DNA of 64,000 nucleotides from Stegostoma tigrinum. Lineage: Eukaryota. The stretch is taken from positions 42,288,979 through 42,352,978 of the forward strand of contig NC_081383.1 in NCBI RefSeq assembly GCF_030684315.1. Reading direction: 5' to 3'. The notes beneath the pieces were generated by a model, which saw nothing but the letters and a program-made list of their open reading frames with translations, was not told the origin of the DNA and ran no database searches. The translations under genes and the position numbers were made by a program. Shown here piece by piece: positions 25,873 through 38,704 of the stretch; within the stretch, counting starts at the first letter, position 1; each line of letters begins with the position of its first letter.

Positions 25873-28109
25873 GTAACACTACATTTATACAGGTAAACTG
25901 CTAATTTTTTCTTTTATGGGACATAGGTAACAGTCATTGTCCACCCGTAATTGCCCATGAATAAGGGCTACAGAGTTGTGAGAGAGGCTTCAGAATGGGA
26001 TGAAATACTTTACTGAGAGAGTGCCTGCAAGGCAGTGAAGAGCTGCGAAATAGAGCAATTTTAAATCATTCAACAAAGGAAGTTTTAGCTAAATGCACAA
26101 TCGAGAGAACTAAGGTGCTGAACTCCTTTAAAGTGAATGTGGAGGCTCTAGCTTAAGGCTGCAGGAGTTTAGCAACTAATCTATGGGGGAAAATGTTACG
26201 GATGCTATTGTAATAAACTCTGTCTCAATTGAGTAACTACATTAAACAGTTTTATTTCTTAAAGATTCACATCAAGGTGTTATCACATTTCAAAATATCT
26301 CACATATTGTGGAATTATTTGAGGGGCAGTGACTGTGTTATTGCAACAGTTTAGTTGTGACCTTAACAGTCTGTCTGTTTTCGTGTCATGTATAGAAGTG
26401 GGTTAGTTCTTTAAAAACATTGTTGATAACTTATAACTGATGTCTCGTGCTGATTTCAATATTGTGACATTTGAGAAATAAATGCTTCCCTTACGTGCTG
26501 TAGTTTTCAGTTTATTGGAGATGTATTGGTTAATGAGGATGTTGGTGAATCCTCCAATTCTCCTTCAGTTTGAGTTCCAAACCCCGACACATGCCAAAAC
26601 CCGTAAAGAAGGTATTGTTAGTACAAGACTGCAGCACCAAGTGAAGAAGTTAGTGAAAATGAGGAAGGACCCCAGTAAGACCAAAAGGTGGCCGCTGAAT
26701 TCAAAAAGTAGTCTTCAAAAGAAACTCAAGGCCTCAGACAGGCGTGGGATCTATTTTGACCCCCTGCTGTGCATGAATTAGGAGGCTGCGACTAGGGGTG
26801 ACACAGTAGCTCAATGGTTAGCATTGCTGTCTCACAGCACCAGGGATCTGGGTTCAGTCCCACCCTTGGGCAACTGTCTGTGCGGAGTTTGCACATTCTC
26901 GTTGTGGATGGGTCTTCCCACCGTCCAAAAATGTGCGGGTTAGGTGTATTGGCCACGCTAAATTGTTATGTATGTCCAGGGATATGCAGGCTAGATTAGC
27001 AATGGAAAATGGGTCCTATTGGACCGCTATGTGTAATACAGTGCCCATTATGAAGCAGGTAGGTCTCTGACAATCAGTGTGATTTACAACCACCAGCCCA
27101 TAACGATGCAGGTTAGTGATTGGTCCCCAAGGAAGCACAGTCCCAGTTTTAAAGCAATCATCAATGGTACCTTTAAAGGGAGGAAGACTCCTGGGAGATG
27201 AAAGATTGACTCACTCATCGAAATAAAGATGTGACAAACCTTACACTACAAGCAGAATAATGATTAAACATGCATTGACGGTGGTGCTTCAAGTATCATG
27301 GGATGTGTGTGCTTTTTTGTTTAATCTTGGAATATGGGCTTGGTCGGTAACAGCAGTGTTTAATACCTATCAGTAGTTATGACCATAAGATATGGAAGCA
27401 GAATTAGGCCATTCAGTCCAATGGGTCTGCTCCACCATTCAACCATGGCTGATATGTTTCTCAACCCTATCCTCCTGCCTTCCTCATAATCTTCGATCCC
27501 CTTGCTAATCAAGAACCTATCTATCTCAGTCTTACTCTTAAGAAGGTGGTAGTGAGTGGCCCATTAAACTGCTGCAGTCCATGTGATGTAGATACATCCT
27601 CAATACTGAGAAAGCCTGTTCACGAGTTTTAATCTAACAACAACAATATTGTTTCAAATCAGAATGGTGATTTGTAAGGGAATCTTCAGATGCTGATGAT
27701 ATCCCCATGGCAATATTTCACTACACTCCGGTTTATGCCTTCAAAATGGTTGAAAAGCTCTAGTGCCATTAGGAGGCAAGTTTCTCATCACAGAATTCCC
27801 AGTGTCCAGCCTGCTTTAGCAACCATAGTATTTATTTAGCTGGCCCAGTTATATTTCTAGTCACTGGTAAGGTCAGAGTGATGATGATGAATGTCAGTGG
27901 GAGATGGTTAGATGTTCTTGTTGTGATGGTCATTGCCTGGCTGTGTAGAGTGAATATAATTTGTCTATCATCTGGCTAAACCTTGAGGTCTTGCCACACT
28001 TGGGCACAGGCTGTTTCAGTATCTGAGAAGTTGAGAAACATCCCTACTTCTGCCTTTATGATGGGGAGAAGTTTATTTGGTGAATTACTGAAGTTGATTT
28101 GGCCTGTGG

Positions 28110-28720
28110 CATTAAGAAGGCACATGGGATACTTACCTTCAATAGTTGAGGTATAGAGTTTAGGAGCAGGGAGGTTATACTGGAACTATATAAAATGTTG
28201 ATAAGTCCATAGCTAGAAGATTGTGTACAGTTTTGGAATTCACATTACACGAGAGATCTGATAGCACTGGGCAGGATGCAGAGGAGGTTTACTAGGATGT
28301 TGCTTGGGCTGGAGAATTTCAGTTATGGGGAGAGATTGGACAGACTTGGGTTGTCTTCCATGAAGCAGAGGAGATTGAGAGGGGTGTAGATAGACGAGTA
28401 GGAACCTTTCCCTTTGATGGATCTGTACCAGAGGGCATAGATTTGAGGTAAAGATCAGGAAATTCAGAGGAGATGTGAGAAAGAACTTTTCCACCCAGAG
28501 GGTAATGGGAATCTGGAACTGGCTGCGTGTGAGGATCTTGGAGACAGAAACCCTTAGGACATTTTTAGATGTGTATTTGTGATGCCAAGGAATATATGGC
28601 TATGAGTCAAGTTCTGGAAGATGGGATTAGAAGAGGATCTGGTTGTTTTTTGATTGGCTTGAACACTGGCATGAAATTGGCTGAAGGGCCTTTGTTCTGT
28701 GCTGTAAACCTCTCGCTGAC
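28110..28720 (+). mobile_element. CR1-like LINE 3' fragment
   Basis: Same RT C-terminal and 3' tail motifs, decayed. Confidence 0.75.
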
Positions 28721-30309
28721 TCTGGTACCCTGAGGAGCTCCTGGAACAACAACCCTGGCCTGACACCATCCTCCTTTGTGTTAGTTATGACTCCACCAAG
28801 GAGCTGCTGCTTGACAGCTCAGTTGACGACACTTCCCATCGCTTAGCCGTTTGAGAATAGGCAGATGAGGAGGTAATTGGCTGGGTTTGAGTTGTCTTGC
28901 TTTTTTTTTGGTGTACATGATGCACCTGGGCAATTGCCTATATTGTTGGGTCAGTGCAAGTATACCAGTTGGACAGGGAGGGACGCAGCTAGTGCCGGAG
29001 CACAAGCCTTAAGAACTGCAACCGTAATGTGGTCAAGGCCCGTAGCCTTTCACACCATTCCTGAGAGGTTGGGAGGATTTTGCAGGATTGACTGGGCCAA
29101 ATATGTTATTGCTATTACTGGTGCCTAGGTTGATGCTGAATGTTCCGAGGTTGATGTGTGGCACCAGTTTCTAGAAAGCGAAAGCTAACGTGTGGGCATA
29201 TTAGTTGGCATGAGCACAGTCTCTGAATGGCCGTGTGGCTGCGCTATATGATGTGAGGTGCCATTGCATAGAGCACAGGGAAAGGACACAAAAGTCCTCA
29301 ATCATCGAGGCACAAATGGCCTCCGCTGAGCTCTGATTGAGATATTAAAAAACTGTCCAATTATCTTCCTGCTCTCTCAGGTCTCACTGAGGGAATTCAA
29401 GCTTAAAAATGGGGTCACAGGGGGCAAAGATTTATCCAATGGTTTGCCTTGATTCTAGATAGCTGGAACTGAGTGAGAAAATGCCCCAATGATTTTCATC
29501 TCATAGGAACATCCATGAGATTAACCTTTAATTTGTGTCGAGTCTCTGACACACTCCTGAGCGTTGGCACTAGTAGTAGTGTAGACCAGTGTTCAGAGGG
29601 GGCAGAGTTGGGTTGTGTGCTGTGCTGCAGTTTTTCCCAGAAACAGCAGTGTGTTTTTCACAGACGCATATTCAGTCCAAGCAGCGACGTCCGGCTGTGA
29701 GCAGGTCCTGGGGGGATGGCAGTGCCTCAGAGTTACAGCACAACCCCCTGCCAGTAAGTGCCTGACTTAGAACAGTGAGCCACTCGCTGATCGACAGAAG
29801 CACACAGTGACTCACTGCTGCACCAGCTCTTTTTAACCTGACTGTTTACATTCTTCGTGCTGCCTGATGTGTGGGTTATGACACAGTCGGCTAAAAGCAG
29901 ACATTCTGTTCATCATGCGCTGCAGCACAGGAGAGAACAATGTTTCAAAATCAAGCCTTGGCCACCCACATATTTCCACGACACCAGAAACTGGCTAATT
30001 TGCCTCTGTTCTAGTATGTAACGTGTGGCACTTATTTGGTAGGGAGACATTACAAGGTGTGAGAGCCCAGATACCTTTAGGATTCTGGGTAATCCAAGAT
30101 GGAAGATGGGATAAAATTCTGGCTGTAAGAGCTGCTCCTTTTTGGAAGTATTTTCAGTGTGGAGCTAATTTCCTGAAATTCTAGGAGAAGTAATTAATTT
30201 GTTATAAGTTGTTGCAATGTTTTGAAACTTTGGGGAAAAGAGATCAAAACAATGGCACTAAAAAAAGGAGGAAGACAGACGAATGCAGTGCCAATGACCA
30301 CATGGCAAG

Positions 30310-30552
30310 CGCAACATTTAAAAGGCAGCTGGATAGGTGTATGAATAGGAAAGGTTTAGAGGGATACAGGCCAAATGCTGGCAAATGGGACTATGCTTAT
30401 CTAGGATATCTGGATGATTCTATGAATAGGAAAGGTTCAGAGGGATATGTACCAAAGGCTGGCAAATGGGGCTACATTTATCTAGGATATCAGGTTGACA
30501 TGGACAAGTTGGACCAAAGGGCCAGTTTCTGTGCTGTACAGACCTATGACTG
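30310..30552 (+). mobile_element. CR1/HER1 3' tip with internal tandem duplication of about 81 bp
   Basis: atgaataggaaaggtt..gagggata...ggcaaatggg...tatctaggatatc occurs twice in tandem. Confidence 0.75.
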
Positions 30553-32819
30553 TATAGACCACAGTCTGACACCATGCTCACAGGGCAATTGGGTCACAGG
30601 GCAAGTCACTGATGGACCCCAATTTCCTCCTCCAGGTTCTTTACAGATGTGGCTATACTGTTTGGCACAGGGGAGCTCAACAGTGTCTGGATATTGTGGT
30701 ATGGGCCATGAGTTCTGGATATTCTTGCCATCCTCCAACTCTCCCCATTTCCCTCAGGGCTTCTCCAGTAATCTCAGGGAGCATGCACTGAGATTTTTCC
30801 CCTTTATTACAGTATGTTTTTGAAAGAAAGATGTGTATCTGCATGGCATCATCCATCTCCTTCAACCAGCCCAAAGAGCTGTACAACAAATTGAGATTTA
30901 GCCAGTGTTGGAATGAAGCCCACAGCTAATGTGTGCACAGAAAAGGTAGACACACACGAGTGGTTGATCTGCGTCTGTTGCGGTCTTTTTATTCATTCAA
31001 GGTATGTGGACATTGCTGGTTAGGCCAGCAGTTATTGCCTATCCCAAGTTGCCCAGAGGGCAGTTCAGAGTTAATCATATTGCTGTGGGTCTGGAGTCAG
31101 TAGGCCAGACCAGGTAAGGATGGCAGATTTGTTACTTGAAGAACATTAGTAAACCAGGTAGGTTTTCCTAACAATTGACAATGGTTTTATGGTCGTCGAT
31201 AGACTTCTAATTCCAGATTTTTTAAACTGTAATTCAGATCCCACCATCTACCATAGTCAGATTCAAACCTGGGTCCCTAGAGTGCCATCTGGGCCTCTGA
31301 ATTAATAATTTGGTGATATGGTGCATGGAAAATTGAGAGATAAATATTGGCTGGGTGAAGGTGGAGAATTTATATTGACTCTGTGGCATATAAACAGGCC
31401 ATTGTGCCCTATTCTAAGGATTATGCTTCAAAGGAGGTACAGCCTGATCCTGAATCTATGTCTGTCTACCTTGAGAATGAGAATACTACCACTGAACAGC
31501 AGCTGACCCCTGCACTTGCACAGACATTGCTGATATGCCAGCTGCGCTGGGTTTCCAAAACAACATATACTTTATGATCAGTCAGTAGGACATAACAAGT
31601 TTAATTTTCAAGGGATACCCTTGCTATGACAATCTTGTGGCTACCTTTCTCCCAGAATAAAGGAATTGTTTTAAAAGAATCCCAATTTAGCCAGGCTTTC
31701 TTGAGTTAATAAAAATATGAGTTTATTCGTGATAAAGTGCAGGAGGAAATAATAATGTAACACACATCCAGGCAGATTAAAAATGAGAGATGAGTCAAAA
31801 GAAATATATATGTATATTAGTTACTGGAGTAGATTGTGGATCATTGATTGTAAAACAATCAACTGTTGACCTTTGTAGGTAAATTGAAATTCATTTGTTT
31901 TGGCTCCTTTTGACATTTATTAGCTAGCAGCACTTTGAGCAAACGAGCTCTTCTTTTGATCTCTTTTCTTTTGATTGGCTAGTTGGCTTCTAGCGTTAGG
32001 GGTGAGAGAGCCCTTTACCTGCAATGCAGGGGTAACTAGTGATGATTCTCCGACTGTGACCTTCACAGCACACTAGCACTCAAACCCGCTCTAGACCACA
32101 CAAGCGGCTCAGTTCACTTCGTACCACCTACCAACTTGCATACACAAACCAGGGCTGGAATGGCTTATGACTCCTGTTCTTGTGTATCTTTAAGGGAGGG
32201 TCACAAAACATGTCTCTTGCTCTGAGATGTTTCTCTTCCAATATGTCCATAGTCTGTAATAATGCCCAGGAAATTACAGTTCCATTTTTATGCATTTCTC
32301 CCTTTTGAAGTTCATCACTTTGAAATTTCCTTGACACCTTCATGAGGTGTAACATTCCAGAATCTCTCTCTCTGTCCCCCTCTCTCTCTCTCGCTGTCTT
32401 CAGACAGCTACTGTGCTTACATCACAGTTCTCTGCCGGCCATGTGCCAATTTTTACAACTAAACATTTGATATTGCTGTAAGTACCTCAAGGTTCCTGAA
32501 TCGGCATGGCGATTGATCTTCTTGTTCACTTGGATGACTTATGGTCCTCCGAGGTAGGATTTCTGTTTTGGTTTGGTACGCCCCAGGGAAAGAACTCAGC
32601 TCAAAAAAAACAATATTTCTGGGAAGCAAATGTACTGTTCACATTTACAGTCCATTTTGTGGAATAGAAGATGAGTCATAAGACCGGAATGGCTCATTTA
32701 CCATTTTTACTAATTTCTGCTTCTGGGCGATGTTGGGATTAAATGTAGCTATGAACTCTACTTCATGTCAGAAGCAGCCACCTGAATCAGTTTTAACTGG
32801 ATCGGCAAATTAGTGGCCA

Positions 32820-33490
32820 GAAACTAAAACAGAAATTGCCAGAGAAACTCAGCACGTCTGGCAGCATCTGTGGAGAGAAAACCAGAGTTTACCTTTATAG
32901 TCCCGTGACTCTTCTTCAGAACTGATGGTAGCGAGGAGAAAGGGCTGTATATGTTGATGATGGGTGAGGCAGGAAAAGAGTAAGTGAAAAAATGGGTATG
33001 GAGCCTAGAGAGAAAGAAAGAAAGTTAGTCAGATAAATGAGATGATGTTCTTCCAGCTTGTACTGAGCCTCACTGGAGCACTGCAGGAAGTCTGAGACAG
33101 AGATGTTAGCCAGAGATCACAGTGACGTGTTGAATTGACAGGCAATTGGATGCTAAGCATCATTTTTACAGACAGAATGTAGGTGCTCTGCAAAACTGTT
33201 GCCCAGTCTAGGTTTCGTCTCCTCATTGTAGAGGAGGCCTCATTGTGAGCAGTGAATACAGTAGACTAGACTGAGTGAAGTGCCGGTAAATCACTGCTTT
33301 ACCTGGAAGGTGTGCCCTGGGCCTTGGATGGTGAGGGAGGAGGAGCTAAATCAGCTGGTATCACACCTTCCGCGATGGCGTGGGAAGGTACCAGGCAAGT
33401 GTGATGAGGAATGGACCAGGGTGTCCCAGAAGGAATGGTCTTTGCAGAATGCTGATAGGGAGGGGAGGGGAATATGTGCCTGGTGGTGGC
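32820..33490 (-). mobile_element. Penelope-like 3' fragment
   Basis: Reverse complement resembles the GIY-YIG region and pseudo-LTR of the 60340-62052 element. Confidence 0.7.
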
Positions 33491-33964
33491 AGCAATAGAG
33501 GCTAGTGATCTTCATGGCCACAAGGTGCACTTGATCAAGCTGCAGACCTGTTGGAGAATCTAGGACTGTTGTAGTGCAATGGTGGTGTCCCTATCAATGA
33601 CACTAGAATGTCGTTCCTGCCCCAGACATATAACAGTATATCTGAGCTCATTGTTTACAAAATGTCTATAGATGAACCTAGGGCTCCTGTGACGCAGTAG
33701 TTGTGTGCCACTGTGCTAGAAACACCAAGCACCAATGCCACCTGTTCCAGAGGTGTGTGAAAACATCCCTGAACAGATTAATTATCTATTGGAGAATCTC
33801 CAGCCTGCTCTTTCAGAGAAGGGAGAGAGATGGGTCTATCAGCAATTTCAAAACATTTGAAATACAAAGTGGCCAGACCTAATGAACCAATCCCTCCCTG
33901 GGCTGGCCGGTGGATGGATCCCATAATCAGGTAGACAAGGTAGGCCTCAAAGCCTGCTTGGAGC

Positions 33965-34495
33965 ACTGGCCTCTTGGTGCCACGCTACAGGAAGGATCTG
34001 AAGGATTTGGGAGAGGATGCAGAAGACGTTTACCGGGATGCTACCCAGATTAAAGGGTATGAGTTATGAGGCTAGAAAATCTCAGATTGTTTTTTTCTGG
34101 AATGGCGAAGGCTGAGGGGAGACCTGATAGAAGTTTATAAAATTATGAGAGGGATAGACAGGCTTGACAGTCAGAATCTTTTTCAGGGTTGAAATGTCTA
34201 ACATTAGAGGGCATGCTTTTTGACGTGAGAGAGGAATAAGTTTGAAGGAGTTATGGGGGGCAAGTTTTTTACACAGGGAGTGGTATGTGCCTGCAGTGCG
34301 CTGCCAGGGGTAATGGTGGAGGCAGATACTAAAGGGGCATTTAAGTGACTTTTAGATAGGCACGTGAATAAACAGGAATGGAGGGATATAGACCATAGGT
34401 GGGCAGAAGGGATTAGTTTAACTTGGCATCATGTTCAGTACAACGTCATGGGCTGAAGGCCCTGCTCCTGTGCTGCACTGTTCAATATTCTACTG
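33965..34495 (+). mobile_element. CR1-like LINE 3' fragment
   Basis: Similar to 14440-14985 along its length. Confidence 0.8.
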
Positions 34496-35914
34496 GCTGC
34501 TGTAGTTTTCTCAACACTGTAGAGATGTGCTGGCCAAGTGAACACCAATAGTTGGCCTCTGATCACAAACCTTAATTGATTTTTTAAATTATTTTAACTC
34601 AGCGACTGATCCAGCTTTTCAGAAAATGGGTTGAAGGCAGAATAGTGCCAATGAACCAGGATGTTAGCCAGCAAAATTATGTGCCCGCCTGTCTCAGTGT
34701 CCCCCTGCCACTGGCTGGCAAGCATCTGCCAATGGTAATAATACAGGCCAGGAGAACAGCCAAGCTCTGGAGTAGGGATGATCCTTGACAATAAAGAGTC
34801 ATCTCCACTCGTTTAACAATTTCTAGCTTTAGGCTTTTGAAGTTCCTTACTAACTAAACAGACAAATACTAATTAGATCAATTAGGATCAAGGACAATCC
34901 TTTATGGTTTAAAAGCTTGAAGATTTGGGAAGCTGGAATTATTAATTATGGGGATTTGACTACACATATATTACATGAAGGTGTTTGTGCAAATGTGGTA
35001 GCATCCCTACCTCTGAGCCAGGAGGCTCAGGTTCAAGTCCCACTGCTCCAGAAGTGTGTCATAACATCTGTGAACAATGTGATTAAAAGTACCCATATTT
35101 GCATGACCTCCTTTATTATGTTTCCTTTGTTGCAATTTCACACACGATATTGTCAAAAACACTCACAATTCTTTATTTTTAGCCACTAATGCAAACCAAG
35201 ACAATCTGACATGTTTGGCAAGATGTGATACCCAATAATTTGATACATTTGGACAACAGCAATGACCAGAGCTTGGATTCTGGACTGCTCCATCACTTTC
35301 CTACAAGCTCACAATTCTAGTTTGAGTTTCCTGTGTATTTATTATATCTTCCTTTTTTCAGAACTTCATTCTTTGCAAAGAAATGTCAGTGGGATGTAAG
35401 ACCTGAAAGCTTTGAATAATTATTGGCAAATTGTATGTATTAGCCATTGCTAACCTGGCTGGATTGTGTCAGATTTCAATCATCCAGAACTGGGTTGTAC
35501 AGAAATTGACAAAAATTGATTTCCTGGTGTCTTCATCAGCCCTAAATCTAAGTCAATACGAAACCTGCTCAGAATTTCTGTAAATACATGAGCGGGAGCT
35601 TCAAACTCAATTGTATTAACAAGAAGTGTCCTTTATTGTTTTCAGTTGCCTATCTATCGTAACTTCATGAGGCCTGGATATTTACTGTTCCATCCCATTG
35701 CCTTCCAAAAGATGCTGCTACTAACTGTCCTAAAGGAGATGCTGACCCTGCAACTTTCTTTCCTACTCTCCCATTCACCACTTTTAATCTCTGTCTCCAT
35801 TGTTGCAAGCTGTTAACTGTTTGTATCTAACACAAGTTATCCCCAGAAACTCTGAATCATTTGGCGACAAAGTCTAACCTCTTCTCGCCCATCACCCTTA
35901 AAACCAAGCAAATC

Positions 35915-36680
35915 AGGGCAGGACATATACGCTTAATGGTAACATCCTGTGGAGTGTTGCTGAACAAGGAGACCTTGGGGTGCAGGTTCCTTGAAAGTGG
36001 ACTCGCAGGTAGACAGAGTGGTGAAGAAGGCATTTGGAATGCTTGCGTTTATTGGTCAGTGCATTGAGTATAGGAGTTAGGGGGTCATGTTGAGGCTGTA
36101 CAGGACATTAGTTATGTCACTTTTGGAATATTGCATTCAATTCTGGTCTCCCTGCTATAGGAAAGATTTTGCGAAACTTGAAAGGGTTTTGTAAAGTTTT
36201 ATAAGGAAGTTGCCAGGGTTGGAGTGTATGAGCTATAGGGCGATGGTGAATAAGCTGGGGTTATTTTCCCTGGAGCACCAGAAGCTGAGGGCTGACTTAT
36301 TAGAGGCTTATAAAACCATGAGGGGCATGGATAGGGTGAATAGTCAAGGACTTTTCCCCAGTGTGGAGGGTTCCAAGACTAGAAAGCGTACGTTTATGGT
36401 TTGATGGGAAATATTTAAGGAGCAGTCTTATCAGGTGGTGTGTGTATGGAATAAACTGTCAGAGGAAGTGTTGGAGGTTGGTACAATAACAACTTTAAAA
36501 GGAGATTTCAAAAAAACATTTAGAAGTCATCTAAATGGGTGCATGTATAGGTAGGATTTAGAAGGATATCGGACAAATGCCAGCAAATAAGAATAGATTA
36601 ATTTAGGATACCTGGTAGGCATGAATGAGTTGGATCGAAGGGTCTGTTCCTGTGTTGTACATCTCAATGATTGTATGACC
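35915..36680 (+). mobile_element. CR1/HER1-like LINE 3' fragment
   Basis: LGLFSLEHQKLRADL.EAYK.MRGMDRVNSQGLFP; similar to 52140-53222. Confidence 0.85.
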
Positions 36681-37564
36681 CTATTGAAATCGATGCTGTC
36701 TGTATGGTTTCTGTTTCATTTGTACAGTCTGCTGTTATAGAAAGTACTTATTAAACAGTATTCATGTTAAGTTTGAGCTTCATTAAACACGCTACATTTC
36801 TTATCATTGAAACCCATTGCATCATATATCCCCATGAATGTGCACAGGTAAAGCAAGTACATATTGGGACTTCTAGATCTGAAAACCCCAGGGCCAACTG
36901 GTTTTCAGACAAAGAATGCTTTTGGGATGTTGGATACACTTACTGTTATAGGTCTTTCTGGGTCCCTTTGGATAAATACTTTGCATTTAGGTCTGGTTGG
37001 GTCCTTTTGGGTCACGTTCAATAGACCTTTGGTTTTTAGCTCTTTTTGGTTTTCGGTCTTGACCTGTAAGCTTATGTCACTGGCAAAGTACACATACGGG
37101 AGAACTTCTGAAATAATCTTTGAAGGCAGTAAGTGGCCAACACACACAGGCTAATGCAAATTATTCAGGTTTATTTAGAGCCAAAAGGCTGTACAGAAAA
37201 ATATTTTACATGGAAGAAGTTATGTTGGTATGATGCTCAAAAATTAGTAGAATGTTGAAAAAAAGCCAAGTTTCGAAACAGAAATTTGTGTTTCCATATT
37301 CAATTATACATCAAAATGTAATCTAAATTAAAGTTGTTCAGGTGATTTCCAGTTTTTTTTCTGTACTCTTTCATGGGTTATGGGCATCAACAGCATTGTT
37401 GCCCGTCCCTAATTGTGTTTGAATAGAGTGGTTTGTTAGAGCATTTTTAAGAGGGTAGTTGTGAGTCAACAACATCACTGTGGATGTGGAGGCACATAAA
37501 TTCCAAGTGGTAGACATTCTTCATGAACCAGATGGGTGTTCACAACAATCAACTCCCAAGAGAT

Positions 37565-37905
37565 TAAGAACAAAAACAAAATTGCTGGAAAAGCTCTGCA
37601 GATCTGACAGCATCTGTGGAGGAGAAAATGGAGTTAATGTTCCTCGTCCGGTAACCCTTCCTCAGAACTGAGCTCTGAGGAATGGTCACCGGACCCGAAA
37701 CGTTAACTCTGTTTTCTCCTCCACAGATGCTGTCAGACACAATGGTAACCAGGTAAGTGGCAATAACGTCCAAAACGTATTAATCCTTATATTATGCAGA
37801 CAATATCTGGTGTTCATGAAAATTGATTTCCAGGTGTCTTCATCAGCCTTACATTCCAAGCAACTTTGCTTTTGTTCCTGATTTACAGCATCTGCAGTTC
37901 TTTTG
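37565..37905. repeat. Fold-back Penelope pseudo-LTR pair carrying a 124-bp captured host segment
   Basis: tctgacagcatctgtggaggagaaaa ... ttttctcctccacagatgctgtcaga inverted arms. 37737-37860 copies 38689-38813. Confidence 0.85.
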
Positions 37906-38681
37906 TTTTTTTTTCCCCCAAGAGATTATCTTTTAATTCCAGATTCATTCATTTGAAGTTAAATTTGATCACAGTTACAGTGGGATCCAAACCTCTGTCC
38001 TCAGAATTTTAACCTCAGCCTCCGGATCACTAGAGACAGACAATACCACTAGACCACAATCTTGTTTTGGATAAGGAGATAGATATAGTCCTTAGGGCTA
38101 AAGGGATCAAAGAGTATGGGGAGATAGCAGGGATAGGGTACACGTTGGATGATCAAACATGATCCTATTGAATGGTGGAGCAAGCTTGTGGGACTGAATG
38201 GCCTACTCCTGCTTCTCTTTTCCCCATCTTGGTTTGGTAATTTGGCTATTTCTGAATCTGTCATTTCCATGCTTGAACAATTTGCTGTCTAAACATCACG
38301 ATTTGGCATAAAAAGTCCTCAAACATGGTAATATTTGATTTCTGTGTGTTGTCAAATCTGTCATTATATCATGCAATTTATATCTTTGCATCTGCTGTTG
38401 TAAAAGGCCAGTTTGGCAAGTTCAGGACTGAACTCCCTGAGGGAGGAATTAGCATGTCACACCAGAGCTGTCATTTATATTTGAAATAGAGTAAATGTTT
38501 ATGTTTTATTGTAGGTAGACAAGCAAACGAGGGCAGTGCAATTCTCATTTGCATCTCGCGTTCTATGATAACCTATTCGACATGACAATCTAATTGCCTG
38601 GACTTTCTTGATGTATTTGCAAGGATTACAGTCCCAAACTTATACCATGCAAATATACTAATGCAATTTTGTCTTTTGCAG

Positions 38682-38704
38682 GGATTCAACACAATGGTAA
38701 CCAG
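38682..38704 (+). CDS. TRIM coding exon 4 (23-nt micro-exon)
   Basis: tactaat branch-like motif, acceptor ttttgtcttttgcag, GGATTCAACACAATGGTAACCAG, donor gtaagt. A 23-nt phase 0-2 exon is characteristic of B30.2 TRIMs and joins exon 3 to exon 5 in frame (GFNTMVTR). Confidence 0.88.

Noticed and set aside
26569-26611. Possible extra TRIM exon within ORF 26482-26781
   Set aside because: 43 nt would break the frame, the donor (gtattg) is weak, and the six-exon model is complete without it.
30209-30823. 204-aa ORF
   Set aside because: Chance fusion of a duplicated CR1 3' tip with flanking DNA; no domain coherence.
31620-32770. Possible antisense solo LTR
   Set aside because: Termini and TSD could not be established by eye.
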